Part shown: in pieces, positions 13,154 through 27,059 of the stretch | Numbering within the stretch: the first letter of the stretch is position 1 | How the letters are laid out: each line of letters starts with the position of its first letter | Assembly (NCBI RefSeq): GCF_006345805.1 | Contig: NW_021832573.1 | Coordinates: 1-60,126, forward strand | DNA from: Octopus sinensis | Lineage: Eukaryota | DNA length: 60,126 nucleotides | Direction: 5' to 3' | Translations under genes and position numbers: made by a program | Notes under the pieces: model-generated | Databases searched by the model: none | Told to the model about the DNA's origin: nothing | The model's input: only the letters and a program-made list of their open reading frames with translations

Positions 13154-13324
13154 TATATACATATATACGAGGGGTTTCTTTCAGTTTCCGTCTACCAAAT
13201 CCACTCACAAGGCTTTGGTCGGCCCAAGGCTATAGTAGAAGACATTTGCCCAAGGTCCCACGCAGTGGGGCTGAACCCGGAACCATGTAGTTGGTAAGCA
13301 AGTTATACTACAGCCACCCTGCCT
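12855..13324 (-). mobile_element. CORE-type tRNA-SINE family B with internal (TA)/(CA) microsatellite
   Basis: tRNA-like head, accttgggcaa CORE-like motif, tail tgactgaaacaagtaaaagagtaaaagag; many copies in window. Confidence 0.85.
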
Positions 13325-13393
13325 ATAGCCTAATATATATAGATAGATAGATAGATAGATATAGATAGATAGATAGATAGATAGAGAAGATAG

Positions 13394-13444
<51 letters not shown>

Positions 13445-13451
<7 letters not shown>

Positions 13452-14272
13452 GTGAGTATGTTGTCTAAGTTACGCAAAAATGAAAATAACACTGAAATTT
13501 CATTTTAAGAGATACATTTATCAAAATAGCATTAAAATATCTTGAAGTATTAAAGAGTAAATTTATTCAATAAAATCCCCATTCGCTTCAACCACGGCCT
13601 CCAGGCGACTTCGGAATCTCCTGCAACTCTTCTGGACAGTCTCCTTGTTTAAGTTGGTGAATACTGCTATAATCCTTGCCTTCAGTTCATCTTTGGTGCT
13701 ACAAGGAGTTTTGTTGGTTTCTCGCTCAACTGCGCTCCACATAATCAAGGGGGCTGCAGTCTGGGGAGTTAGGTGACCAGATATTAGGGGTGATACGGTC
13801 GCAGCAATTGTCAGACGGCCATGACTGGGTTCTCCTGCATGTGTGGTATGGTGCAGAGTCCTGTTGCCAGACATAGGGTCTTCCAGCAGTCACCCTCTTG
13901 ACCCAGAGCAGCACTACCTCCTCCAGGCACTTGATGTAGACCTCCGCGTTGAGTCTGAGGCCGTGTGAGAAGATGAATGGAGGCGTAACGTCTCCATCAC
14001 TACTGACCACTCTAAACATCATGATGTTGACTGGATGTTTGATTTTTATCACTCTCTGCAAGATTTTTATCACTTCTACCGTGAATGCCAAGCAGTACAG
14101 CATGCCATTTCCAAATTTCTGGCAGAGTAATTGTGTCATGGTGCTGTTTTTTCTCACAGACCGTGCCCAACTAACCCAACCAAACCGTGTAGTCGACAAA
14201 ATCAAAAACAAGCAATGCACATGCACGAAATTGAAAATATAAAATGGCGACAATTTACCTATTGCACCCTAT
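13445..14272 (-). mobile_element. Internally deleted Tc1/mariner-superfamily transposon, DD37D (maT) type, transposase pseudogene
   Basis: VWQQDSAPYH...WSPNSPDCSPLDY with 37 residues between the second and third D; frameshifted C-terminus WSAVERETNKTP...RLEAVVEANGDFIE; terminal tatagggtgcaataggtaaattgtcgcca on minus. Confidence 0.85.
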
Positions 14273-14333
14273 ATGTATGTACATACACACATATATACAT
14301 ATATATATATATACATATATATGTATATATATA

Positions 14334-14451
<118 letters not shown>

Positions 14452-14464
14452 ATATATATATATA

Positions 14465-14550
<86 letters not shown>

Positions 14551-15058
14551 ACTTTACATATATAAATAACGTGGAATACACGAAAGGACGAACATAAGAG
14601 ACAGACGGGTCATTCAAAGCCTTTGTTTCCTGGAAAATCAATCTTATGAACATTAATATATTATTATGCAATAATATTTGCAACTATTGATACATATTCG
14701 ATGTCATAGACACATAATCGAAGATCAATATTTCGGATTCATACTTAAAAGCTATTTGTTGCGGAAACTTGAGTTAAAGAATATTTATACGAATATCTAG
14801 TTGAGCGTGCATCAATGGTAACATTTGAATATTGATAACAGAGCAATCAAAGCGAAGCAGACTCTGGTTTGATTTGACCGGTGACGACGTAGGAAAAATC
14901 GAATAAAAGAGAAAAATAAAGAATAAAAGTGTACAGCGAAAGAATGTTTTGTCTTGCTTTTAGTTTTGTTTTTAGACAATATGACAACAGCTTCTGTCTT
15001 AAAAGAACTTTGTAGTTCAGGAAAAATGACTACTGAGTACCTTTAAGACAGACAGTGC

Positions 15059-15157
<99 letters not shown>

Positions 15158-15289
15158 GGAGACATATACATACATAATGAGAGAAAGAGAAATAGACAGA
15201 TGGACGAACAGATAGACGGACAGACAGACAAAGATAATTATACACAAACGCATACAAATACGTGTGTCATCCAGATCAGCTGGTTTCGT

Positions 15290-15575
15290 TCGTTAATTTC
15301 CGTAAAAAATTTTTATTCATTTACTTGTGTTTTGAAGTGGAAGAGGAGTAAGTGAAAGGTGTATGAACGTTTGTATGAAATGGACGTGTGTGTGAGAGAG
15401 AGAGAGTACCACTTACACATGCATGAGAACACACACGTTCACTCACTCTCTCGCTCTCCCATACATACACACATTCACACCTACATACAAAAAAGAAGTA
15501 CACATGTGTATTGATGTACGTACATAAAAATAACAACACACCCCTTAACTCTCTCTCTCTCTCTAGTTCTCTGTT

Positions 15576-15617
<42 letters not shown>

Positions 15618-15723
15618 ACACACACACGTCCATTTCATATATACGTACATACATCTTTCACTTTCTCCTCTCTTTGACTTTAAAACAAAAGTAAATAAAT
15701 AAAAAAATTACGGAAATTAACGA
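15290..15723. repeat. MITE-like foldback with ~120-bp imperfect inverted arms
   Basis: tcgttaatttccgtaa...tgaaatggacgtgtgtgtgagagag versus ctctttcacacacacacgtccatttca...ttacggaaattaacga. Confidence 0.6.
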
Positions 15724-16264
15724 CTTGGAAATGATTTTAAAAAACATTAAAATAGTATCTGTTTAAAGAAAGCTAAAATATAAATACTTACTCTACAAAC
15801 AACTTTCATTCTTAAAATCACATTCAGTTAAAAATATTTCTAAATTATTAAAATACTGTGTACGTCAAAAAGACGGCGTTTCTTGTATTTTCCTTACTAC
15901 GTGTGTGTATATGTCACAGATAGCGGACGTGTGTTTGTGTCGATTGACACGCCATGACACGCGTTGATTGACACGCCATTATATGTGTGTGTATTCTGTA
16001 TGTGTTTGTGTTGACGTCACAGAAGCCGTGTTTTATTTTGTCAAGAAAAAACAAAGATTGTTTAATCGTTTTCCTTAATAAATAGAGGTCCAGTTATCAC
16101 ATGAATTTGTACTGCACTGCCAAAGTTAAGTATGAAAATAAATATGCAAAAAAATTAAGATTAAAAGGAGTTTTAGAGATGTGTGTATATGTATACACAT
16201 GTAAGTAAATATTAGATATATATTATATATACATGTATGCATATTATATACATATATATTTTTT

Positions 16265-16676
16265 TTTATTCCTTTCCTTGTTTCAATCATTTGTCTGCGG
16301 CCATGCTGGAACACCATCTTAAAGGGGTTTTAGAGGAATAAATCGACCCTAGGACTTATTTCTTAAACCTGATACTTATTCTATCTGTCACTTTTGCCGA
16401 ACCTCAAAGTTACAGGGACTTAAACACACCAACACCGATTGTCAAGTGGTAATGGGAGGACAAACACAGATTCATAGAAACATGCATAAACATATATATA
16501 CATATATATATACGACAAGCTTCTTTCAGTTTCCGTCTACCAAATCCATTCACAAAGTTTTGGTCGGCCCGAAGCTATAGAAGAAGGCAATTGCTCAAGG
16601 TAACAGACAGGCGGACTGAAACCGGAATCATTAGGTTGGAAAGCAAGCTTCTTACCACACAGCCACGCTTGCGCCT
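16265..16676 (-). mobile_element. CORE-type SINE family B (older copy)
   Basis: Alignable by eye to 12855-13324. Confidence 0.8.
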
Positions 16677-16698
16677 ATACATTCATATACATACATAA

Positions 16699-16746
<48 letters not shown>

Positions 16747-18164
16747 GCTTACATAATTCATACGTACATATATGTGTGTGTATATTTACATACACATTCA
16801 TATACAGACATATAAGTGTAAGTATATATATATATATATTCATATACATACTTATGTATGTATGTAATTACATTCATATACATATGTATGTATATGTGGT
16901 ATTCTGCAGTTTCCCGCAACAAAACTCCACTCACAAGGTTTTGACAGATCTAAGGGAGAAGTGAACTCGGTCACATACCTTACACTAGTATTTATCATAT
17001 TTTCACTTCTCCGGGAGGTTGAAAGGTAAATTTATCTTCAGTGAGTTTTGTTTGAATTGAGAACTTAAATACGGTTAATGACTAGCGTTAAGCCTTCTAT
17101 GTATCACTGTAGTGATTATTGGTCAACATTCTCTGTCGTTTGTATTTATAAATATTTATATAAACCAACCACAAACCAGAATGCTGTTTCATCATTTCAA
17201 AAGCCTGCTTTCACTCAGATCTCTCAACGGATGGCTTCACACTGCTTTCGGAAAAATATTTATTCTATTTATTCTATTTATTCTAAGACGAACGAAAAAC
17301 CCTCAAGGAACTACATTTTAATGAAATCTCAATATTTCAGTGATTTTAGCGAATGGTTTATTAAATGATTACACCTGGGATATTGGTTAAAGCTGCATAT
17401 AAAGAACTTAAGAACTGATTTTAACCGATTGACTATTCAGTCACTATTTTTGTCCTGTCTTTCTTCTGTTATTTTGTTATTAATACATGAAATTTAGAAT
17501 CTAATATCGATTTTTTTTCTCTGCCTTGTTTGTAACAATATCGCTTGAGTGGACAAATTTAATGTTAAATTCACACAATCTCTTTGAGAATTGCGGTGCT
17601 ATACTGTACATAAAAAGGACACCTGTATCTTGGAATGGAAAACAAAATAGCAGGATGACTTTCTTCTTGTTTGTAAGAGCTAAAACCTTGTCCCTTGTTA
17701 CACAAATAACCTCTTTTTATAAGAATCTGATGCCTTTTTAGTAGGGGTTATTAGTGGGTTAGAACATTTCAAAATTCTCGGTTTAAATTAATTTCGATAA
17801 TATTGGCAATTATATTGAATGTTCAATCACACAAGCCACAATTAAGGATGCTTATTGGTGGTCGTTAAATTAGTTATAATTAGCAGCTGAATTCTCCTCA
17901 TATCATACTTTGCCATCTTAATGGAAAAAGATAAAGGAGACATTGTTCCAGAACCGTGTCAGGATCATCTTCGATGATAGTTTTGCTCCAGCGGGTCTGT
18001 CCTAGGGTTATATAACAACAGTCACAGCAAAAATAATGGAAACATGAACAATAGCGATAATAACAGTTTCTGATTTAGGCCGGCGATTTTTGAGATAACT
18101 TCGACTCCAGGACTTGAAAGAATAAAAGGCAAAGTTGAACTTGGTGGGATTGAACTCAGAACGT

Positions 18165-18575
18165 CGGGTGGATCGAGTTCCCGCCGCCAATCAAAGTCTT
18201 CGCCTGTCTCTGCGGCCCCTTCCATCTGTCCTTCTGCAACGGCGCTTGCGGTGGATGGCCATGCATGTAGGCGTCCGGTGGGTGAACTGAGCCGTGATGT
18301 CCTTCTCCCAACTCCACTTCCCAACTGGCGGAAACGCGCGGGCGGGCAGCTGAAGACCTGGGCTGCGACGATCAAGGAGGACTTCTCTGTGCTCACGGGT
18401 CCGCAGGTGGTCGGCCTGCGCCGATGGAACCGTGACTGGCTCGCTATCTCCAGGGAACTGGCACAGGACCGTCGTGCGTGGGCTGCCATGGTTCGAGATG
18501 CCTCGAGGGTGTTAGAAGAAGCCGACTCAACCCGCCCAGGGTGAATGTCGCCACAAGTACAAGTAAGTAAGTAAA
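18165..18575 (+). mobile_element. 3' end of an RTE-clade LINE
   Basis: RRLRW.GH...RKRAGGQLKTW...LAQDRRAW motifs, stop at 18544, tail acaagtacaagtaagtaagtaa. Confidence 0.8.
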
Positions 18576-18599
18576 GAGGCAAAGCAAAAAAACAATTCT

Positions 18600-19350
18600 T
18601 GTGCCAATTTTTGGCTCAAGATCAGCTATTTTAAGGGGACGGGTTAGTGAACCTTATTACTTGACTGGTACTTCATTTTATCGACTCCAGAAAGGATGAA
18701 AGGCAAAGTTGTCCACGGTGGAATTTGAGCTTAGAATGTAAAGAGCTGCAAGAAATGTCGCTAAGCATTTTTTGTCCGACGCGCTAATGATTTCGGCAGC
18801 TCACCGCCTTAAGATTAGTCGGCTCTATAAAGGGGTTGAACTTGCGACACTCGGACTAAAAGTTCGCTACACTACCGACAGAGAAATGAAGGCAACAATA
18901 GTAATAGTAATCCTTTCTACTATAAGCACAATGCCTGAAATTTGGTGGGGGGGACTAGTCGATTACATCGACCCCAGTGTCTCACTGGTACTCATTTTAC
19001 CAACTCCGAAAGGATGTAAAGCAATGTCGACCTCAGCGGAATTCGAACTCAGAAGCATTTCGTGCTTACGATGCTGCTAGCTCGCCGCACTATAACAATA
19101 ACAATGCTAATCCCTTCTACTATAGGCACGAGGCCTGACATTTGAGGGAGGAGGACAAGTCGATTGCGTCAACCCCAGTTCATCACTGGTACTTTATTTA
19201 TTGACCCCGAAAGGATGAAAAGCAAAGTCGACATCGGCGGATTTTGAACTCCGAACGTAAAGACGGACGAAATGCCGCTAAGCATTTTACCCGGCGTGCT
19301 AACGACTCTGCCAGCTCGCCGCCCTATAACAATAATAATAATAATAGCAA
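18600..19350 (-). mobile_element. Three tandem SINE family A copies (about 18600-18810, 18910-19090, 19110-19325) separated by AAT/AAC-rich tails
   Basis: Repeated aggatgaaaggcaaagtcgac...gaactc...gccagctcgcc blocks. Confidence 0.8.
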
Positions 19351-19856
19351 TAAGGGAGCCTCTAATTGATTGTTCGGCCTGCGACAAATAGCAGCCAAAT
19401 TTCCTTGAAAATACACCTTACCATTAAAAATGGAAGAGCACAAAACCGTCTTCAAAATTAGGGATGGTCACGATTGAATTCTTTTCATCATTGATTTGGT
19501 GGGGTTGATCAGGGTTGACCTGTGACTAAACATCAATAAGAATGAACTATAGAGCGAACCTCTAAATGGCGTTTCACTACAAGAGGTAGCAACCAAATAT
19601 CCCTTATATCACACCTTACTGTGTTTTAAAAAAGTGTAGAACATATTACATAATGCAGTCTAGGGCATATTTTGATGAAGGGGTCGTGGTAGGAACATTA
19701 TTGGCTGGAACGTTCCATTCGATTTGGTTAAGCGACAAAATCAACGAAGATAGTGTGCAAAACTCTGAGTTGTCGGTTAATCTACAGGAGGTTAGAGCTA
19801 AATCTCCTTTAAACAACATACCACCATCTTCAAAACGGCAGAACACATTGGATAAC

Positions 19857-20104
19857 TGTTGTGTGGACGCCCCCAGCCGATGAAGTAGACTAGCCCAATA
19901 CGTAGATATAGAGGGAGAAGACTAAACGTCAGAGGACAGTTGTGAAGAGTCGAGTTGAGTAGCAGAGTAGCGGTAAGAGCAGAATCGAGCAGAGTTGAGT
20001 TGAGAGAGTTGAGTAGAAGGCATCCGAACGTGCGACATAACAATAACAGAAAGCTAAATTCCTCTCAAACATACGTGGTCCCTCTGGCGGTCAAAGCTAT
20101 TACA
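19857..20104 (+). mobile_element. Possible solo LTR
   Basis: TG...CA ends (tgttg...ttaca), TATA-like agatataga, internal gagtt repeats, caataa; no clear target-site duplication. Confidence 0.3.
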
Positions 20105-22502
20105 AGGGGGTAGTGTTTTTTCCATAATTCGAAGCAGGATTAGAATTTTGATATTGAAATTAAGGAAATAGGAAATAGAATTTACATGTGGAACCTTTTG
20201 TATATATTTAGCACGAAGATCTTAAAATTTCTTGTCACTATTTCATTCCTTTTAGAAATCATCAGCATAACATAACCAGCGACTTACTACTTAAACGTTT
20301 CACGCAGTGAGACATTTCATTAGAGATGGAGATAATAACAGTCTGGAGAAAATTCATGGAGTGTGGGATTTTTGTCAAATGTAAATAATGTAAATAATTT
20401 TCTTTTCTTCATTGAAAGTTAGTATATTAGGAATCGAGAGAAGAGAAAGAAAATTCTTGGTGAATATACAGAATATTAATTGTTTCCAAAGGAATTCCAC
20501 CTCGTAAAAATGTCATAGTAATCAATAATATTATTTTGGCTCCGAACAACTTCAAAAGTCGTTTTCCCACGTATTTTTTTTTTTTTTTGGAGGAGTAGAC
20601 ATTCTTTTGAAGCTATATTTTATGGATATTCCCTTGTGTGTGTTATGAAAGCGGCATCTGTACACAAACACATACGCCTTGAACTCAACAGCACTTTAAA
20701 AGGGATTTTTATGGATTCACAGCTAGAATTTTTCAAATACTGCAGAGATGTCTTCGGGACCTAGATTAACTCAGCTAGGCAACTGATTACTGGGTCAAGA
20801 CCACGACCGCTCTTTCTTTATTTCTTTCCTTTCGTTATCTACTTCCATCTCCTTTTCTTTCTTTTTCATCTTTCTTTATTCTTTCTTTCCTCTATTTGCA
20901 TCTTCCTTTTCGTCATTCCCTCTTCCTTTTCCTCCTTTATACAAATATGATATTATTTATTGCTTTACTCTCCTCCTTCTCGTCACCAACCCCTCCGTCT
21001 CTTCCTTATCATTTATCCTCCTCTCATCATCAGCAGCAGCAGCAGTTGCAGCTTCCACCATCACCGCCACCACTTTAAGAGCTGAAAGCAAAAACTGGAA
21101 CCATTCCAAAATGAAATTATTTTAATCAATCTGTATTTGGCATTTAGAGAAAATTGGTTTCTCAGGAGGAAGTTGCGTAAATGAACCGTAACACAAAATA
21201 TAATTAATTGAAGAGACCTTTACATGGGCTGTGGATCAGCTAGAAATAGCAATCAAACTTTCCTTTAACCCACAAATACTCCTGGTTGCGTTTTCGCAGT
21301 GCAAAACCTGTTCCTACCTGTTTGGACATGAACTCGTCGGGACATGAACTGACTGAGCATACGAAGTATTCGGTGGGTAGTCGACACACGTAGCTGACAG
21401 TTGCATACTGTCCTTCTCTTCCAGATTGTGAAAGCTTACCATAACGTTTAATCTAAATACAGTGAGATTTTAAGACTTCATTTTTTTATGCGCATAAAAA
21501 TCTCAAATAAAATGCACAATGGAATATATATCATATATATCTCCATCTCCCACATTTTGGGACGATGATGACCTATTAGACCTCATTCGCACAAAAGGTC
21601 ACCTGTCTGAATGGCATGAAGTCATTTCACCAACACACCCGACCTCAAACCCTGGCTTACAGCCTTGCTGTCTTCTCAATACACCTTTACTATTACTTCT
21701 GATCCTCGGAGCTAGTTTGTCTCCTGTTACCTCAACGCAGGCATTTTTGACTCGTTCGTTCTCCCTACTTTTGTCATCTATATTGTCCCCTTCACAGGAC
21801 TTGCACAAACCACTTCGTTCTTCCTTTACAGAACGTCGTTTCTCTGGCATTCACGACCTGTCCATGTCTTTTTCTCCTGACTATTTTTATTAGAAATATT
21901 ACATTTATATGAACAGTCTTGGAGAAACTCCGAAAGTTATGGGTCCGACCACTACTTCAAAATGAAGCTTTAAAAAATAAAATTACATTTTACGATACTT
22001 AATAAAACCAATCAAACATATAATTACATCCTACTATCTTAAAGGAAAAGAACACGTAAGATAATGTGTTCTCAGAAGTGCAGTGGCCATGAATAATACG
22101 AGATATGACAGTAGGAAAGCATTTTATCGCAAGTATATATGTGATTATAGTTAACCTGTGGCTAAACTACCACGAACGTACCAATCACAACATCCAAACA
22201 GAACTGCTTTCTATTGCTATCCCAAACCCACCGGAAATAGATGCAAAATTTCTCATATTAATATTTCTTTCGCAAATTCATCTTTTCCTCGGAGAAGAGT
22301 ACAACAAAGTGAAGATCTATGGTAGCGAGAAGGTATATAGAGCAATTATTTGAATTTTCTGTCGGGGGATAATTTTCTCTACTTTCAACACCCAAACACA
22401 AACACAGAGAGAGAGAGAAAAGAGGAGAGAGACCGTGAGAAAGACAGAGTTAGATAAACAGGAAGGGAAAAACATAGATGCAAACAAGGGAGATATATAT
22501 AA

Positions 22503-22555
<53 letters not shown>

Positions 22556-22725
22556 TATTAGAGACAAAACCACTATTTTGCAAAACAAACAAGGAAAGAC
22601 TTAATCAATACATAAAATTTTAATAAATAGCCAAAAAATATTTTATAAATTTTACTATATAAATTGGATTTAATCCTAAATCTGATTTTTTCCCTGTAAA
22701 TTTGGATTTATTCCCTTAACTATTA

Positions 22726-22781
<56 letters not shown>

Positions 22782-22865
22782 CAAGGCATATATATTATAT
22801 ATATACATCCCTTGTTTGCATCTATGTTTTCCCGCGACAGACCAGCGTCCCGTCCAGGTGGGGAA

Positions 22866-22899
<34 letters not shown>

Positions 22900-23519
22900 T
22901 ATATATATAATATATATATATATAATATATATATATATACAGAGAGAGAGAGAGCGGGGGAAAGAGAGGGATGCCTGTAAACAAATACAAAGCATAAGTG
23001 TATATGTGTATCTATGTATACAAATAGAGACATACATACATAATTGCATACATAGATACATACATGCCAATACATAACAACATAGGTACGTACATGCATG
23101 CATACATACATACATACATATACATACATACATACATACATACATACATACATACATACATACATACATACATGCATACATACATGCATACGTATGTACG
23201 TACGTTCATACATACATACATGCATGCATTCATACATACGTACATTGTTTTCTGAACTGATGACCAAAACTGTTCAAGCGTGAAAAGAACAGTCAACGTG
23301 ATAATGGCAATATGTAAATGAAGAAGTACGAGAAAGACTCAGGCAAGGAAGGCACCATGGTGAGAAATCCGTAATGACAAATGAAACCTACATTGCAACA
23401 CGGAAAGAAGGTCAACAGAGGTGCAAGCATGACCGCGAGTTTAAGAATCTCGCTTACCAAACACGTGGCTTTGTGTTCAGACCCACTGACGACAACTTGA
23501 GCAAGTGTCTGACTGTTAG

Positions 23520-23715
23520 ATTGAGGTTTCGATTCCGGTCGACGCGCTGTGTTCTTGGGAAAAACACTTCATTTCACGCTGCTCCAGTCCACTCAGCTGG
23601 TAAAAAGTGAGTTACGCTGCGATGGACTGGCGTCCCCTCCAGGTGGAGAATATATATGCCACGGAAACCGGGAAACCGGCCTTTATGAGTCGGTATGACT
23701 CAAGAAAGTAACTTT
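23520..23715 (+). mobile_element. CORE-type SINE family D, host of the following insertion
   Basis: ttgggaaaaacacttcatttcac...ctcagctgg...tgcgatggactggcgtccc...ggaaaccgggaaaccggcc. Confidence 0.6.
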
Positions 23716-24017
23716 GTGGAGGCACATGGCCTCATGGTTAGAGCAGTGGACTCGCGGTCGAGGGATCGCGGGTTCGAATCTCAGACCGGGCGATGTGTGT
23801 GTTTATTAGCGAAAACACCAAAGCTCCACGCGGCTCCGGCAGAAAGTAATGGCGAACTTCTGCTGACTCTTTCACTACAACTTTCTCTCACTCTTTCCTC
23901 CTGCATCTTGAAGCTCACCTGCGACGGACCAGCGTCCCGTCCAGGTGGGGAACCTATACGCCAAGGAAACCGGGAAACCGGCCCTTATGAGCAAGGCGTG
24001 GCTCGAGAAGGAACAAA
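23716..24017 (+). mobile_element. Full-length tRNA-SINE family C with 15-bp target-site duplication
   Basis: A-box tggcctcatgg, B-box gggttcgaatctc; caagaaagtaacttt at 23701-23715 and 24018-24032. Confidence 0.85.
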
Positions 24018-24126
24018 CAAGAAAGTAACTTTACCTTTACATTTGCTAGAGTCGTGGGCCAATCAATACTTTCTAAGTGAACTTGATTGATGCAAACTGT
24101 GTGGAAGACTGTCGTATATATGTGGA

Positions 24127-24162
<36 letters not shown>

Positions 24163-24711
24163 TACGTATGTGTTTTATCTGTCCTTCTGTCTGTGTTTGC
24201 ATCACCATCACCAAACTGTTAGAGAACCAGCGGTTCGGCAACGGGGATCAATGTAATTGGTATCAGACTTAAAAAGAAAAGTAAGTACTGCAGTCGAATT
24301 ATTCGACTAAAAATGCCCCAGCATGGCCAAAGTACAATGACTGAAATAAGTAAACGAAGGCAAAAGAAGAAAGGAAAGCATCTCGTTTGAGCAACTAATT
24401 TGATCAAACTTGAGAGTGTGAAAATATAAGATATAATTAATATTCCTAGTGAAATGTGTGACAGGAAATATAAGCAGACATTTCCTTCCTAAGAAACATT
24501 GGGGAAAATACTGCTTTGAACTGGATCAAGATCAAAGACATAAAAGTTAATGTCTACTTGGAACGAAAATCAAAATAGAAGCAATGTACGTATATATCAA
24601 TGTGTGGGTTTGTGTCTATGTGTGTGTAGAAATAAATGTTTGTATACTATAGCCTCTGGCCAAACAAAGCCTTCTGAGTAGATTTGGTAGACGGAAACTG
24701 AAAGAAGCCCG

Positions 24712-24763
<52 letters not shown>

Positions 24764-24869
24764 TTAAATCCTTAAAAATGTCTTAGCCCGAAGGCCGCGG
24801 CCATGCTGAGACATTTAGAAATTCAATATTTCTAATTTCCGTGATCAATAAATAAATTTTACTGATAAT

Positions 24870-25125
24870 ATGATATATTTGCAGAGAGGTTGCAGTCATC
24901 TCAGCGAGCGAGACTGGCTACCCTGAACTGACGACGAGCAATAGACTCAGAAACGTATGCCTTCAGGTGCTTAGTCCCAGCTGGCGGGGGTGATTGCATC
25001 CCCTTTGCAAATATAAGGACGCAGAAAATGTGTCAAAGCCGACAGGAGAAGTAGATGTTTCCTAGGGCTAAATGGCGGTGGTGTAATTCCCTTACGGGAC
25101 TGTTACACTGAGTTGACGGTATACG
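24870..25125 (+). mobile_element. Structured HHR-bearing element, copy 3
   Basis: cctgaa-CTGACGA-c-gag-caataga-ctc-a-GAAA-cgtatgcc-ttcagg (24922-24967) with a perfect 6-bp stem I, then the shared hairpin series; ends at (TA)n. Confidence 0.6.
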
Positions 25126-25127
25126 AC

Positions 25128-25188
<61 letters not shown>

Positions 25189-25799
25189 TGTGAAATAGAA
25201 AGATGAATAATCTTGTAGCAGATTAATCAAAAGTTTAACCGATACCTTGGTAGCAAAAATCACAGCAGAAGACAGCACGGTTGGAGGTACAACCATAAGG
25301 TGTTGCAACCGTGCGTTGGTGCAGATAATTGAAATTTAATATTATTGGTGAATTGAAGAAATGGAGCTGAACGAAGATTGAACGAAGATTGAACAGAAAT
25401 ATATATATATATTGATAAAACGGTAAGATAACAAAAGAAAGAAAGAGACCTCAATATTATGTAAATAGAGGAAAAGCAGCTTAGACCCTACTACATGTCT
25501 AAATACAAGGACAGAGCTTTTCGGATCATGCCCACATGTGACTAAATTTCTGTCACGTTTTTGGTCCCCTAAAGAAAACAGATAGAACATGCTTTCTATG
25601 GTATGTCCCAAGAAGAATTTATATATTTTTATATATTTTTATATATTTTTTATATATTTTTATATATTTTTTATGTATTTTTATATAATTTTTATGACGA
25701 AAAATGCGAGCGATGTATAAGTACGCAGGCAAGCAGAGTTATAACAGAGTAATTTCCCTTTATTTAACGGTATTTTTTCATAACGTTTTCAAATAGCCA

Positions 25800-25860
25800 G
25801 ATAACCGAAGAGATGGTGTTGTGGATTTCCACTTCGGCATCTGAAACTCAGAGTTTTATC
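25800..25860 (+). ncRNA. Degenerate hammerhead ribozyme motif with long stem II
   Basis: gataa-CCGAAGA-gatg...gtgga-ttt-ccac...catc-t-GAAA-CTC-A-GAGT-T-ttatc. Confidence 0.5.
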
Positions 25861-25883
25861 TTGACTACCGAGTAAAGTAACAT

Positions 25884-25963
<80 letters not shown>

Positions 25964-26486
25964 GCATATATAGACACAGATGTGTACATACATACGTATA
26001 TATGTGTATAGCTATGTATATATCGGTACAGGACGTCACAAAAACGTTGACAAACATGAAATACGAAAATAACGTTGGGTACGTAAACAGAACGAGAGAA
26101 ACGAATGGAAAACAAAATAAGTAACATAAAAAAACGGCCCCTCATCGGTTCTTGGCTGTCCTTCTAGATAGAGAGAGAGAGAGAGAGAGAGAGGGAGGAG
26201 AGAGAGAGAGAGAGAGAGAGAGATGTATGTGTGTGTGTGTAATTTATGTATGTGTATAAATGTATATATGTCAACATGTTAAAGCACACGTCAATGAAAA
26301 TGAAAGCTCTCTGTTTCTGCTATTTTGACAGCTAGAAAAGCGTGTATTTGTTATTTGATATTCATTGTATTGATGGAAAGACATTACCAATCAGTCTCTT
26401 GTTTGACGGAGTTCGTTGAGATAAAAGCATAGTCACCGTTTCACATGAGAATGGGAGTTGAATATAGATGGAAACTGATCCATGAT

Positions 26487-26892
26487 GCGCAGGAGTGGCT
26501 GTGTGGTAAGTAGCTTGTTTACCAACCACATGGTTCCGGGTTCAGTCCCACTGCGTGGCACCTTGGGCAAGTGTCTTCTGCTATAGCCCCGGGCCGACCA
26601 ATGCCTTGTGAGTGGATTTGGTAGACGGAAACTGAAAGAAGCCCGTCGTATATATGTATGTATATATATGTGTGTGTGTGTGTCTGTGTTTGTCCCCCTA
26701 GCATTGCTTGACAACCGATGCTGGTGTGTTTATGTCCCCGTTACTTAGCGGTTCGGCAAAAGAGACCGATAGAATAAGTACTGGGCTTACAAAACAATAA
26801 GTCCCGGGGTCGAGTTGCTCGATTGAAGGCGGTGCTCCAGCATGGCCGCAGTCAAATGACTGAAACAAGTAAAAGAGTAAAAGAGTAAAGAG
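26487..26892 (+). mobile_element. CORE-type SINE family B, near-consensus copy
   Basis: gcgcaggagtggctgtgtggtaag...ggttcagtccc...accttgggcaagt...tail aagtaaaagagtaaaagag. Confidence 0.9.
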
Positions 26893-27059
26893 ATACCATA
26901 CCAGACATTCAGCACGTCAATGGATAAAGGTATGTACGAGTGTATTGATGTCATGAGAATTTAGAAACTTCGAGAGAACGTGAAATAATTTTATTTTTGG
27001 AAAGGTAAAACTCGTGGTAGATAAAGCTATAAATGATAAGGTGTAAATATTACAATTTA

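Noticed and set aside
18600-19350. CRISPR-like or satellite array
   Set aside because: Units are ~200-bp diverged SINE copies in eukaryotic sequence, not repeat-spacer structure.
20317-20385. Possible first coding exon MEIITVWRKFMECGIFVK
   Set aside because: Weak donor site, no recognisable homology, no linked exons.
21590-21890. ORFs on both strands in unique-looking sequence
   Set aside because: More likely a very old RTE-like remnant (minus-strand KWFVQVL resembling RWFGHVL); too decayed to call.
23716-23790. tRNA gene
   Set aside because: A/B boxes present, but it continues into a SINE body with a TSD; SINE head rather than tRNA.
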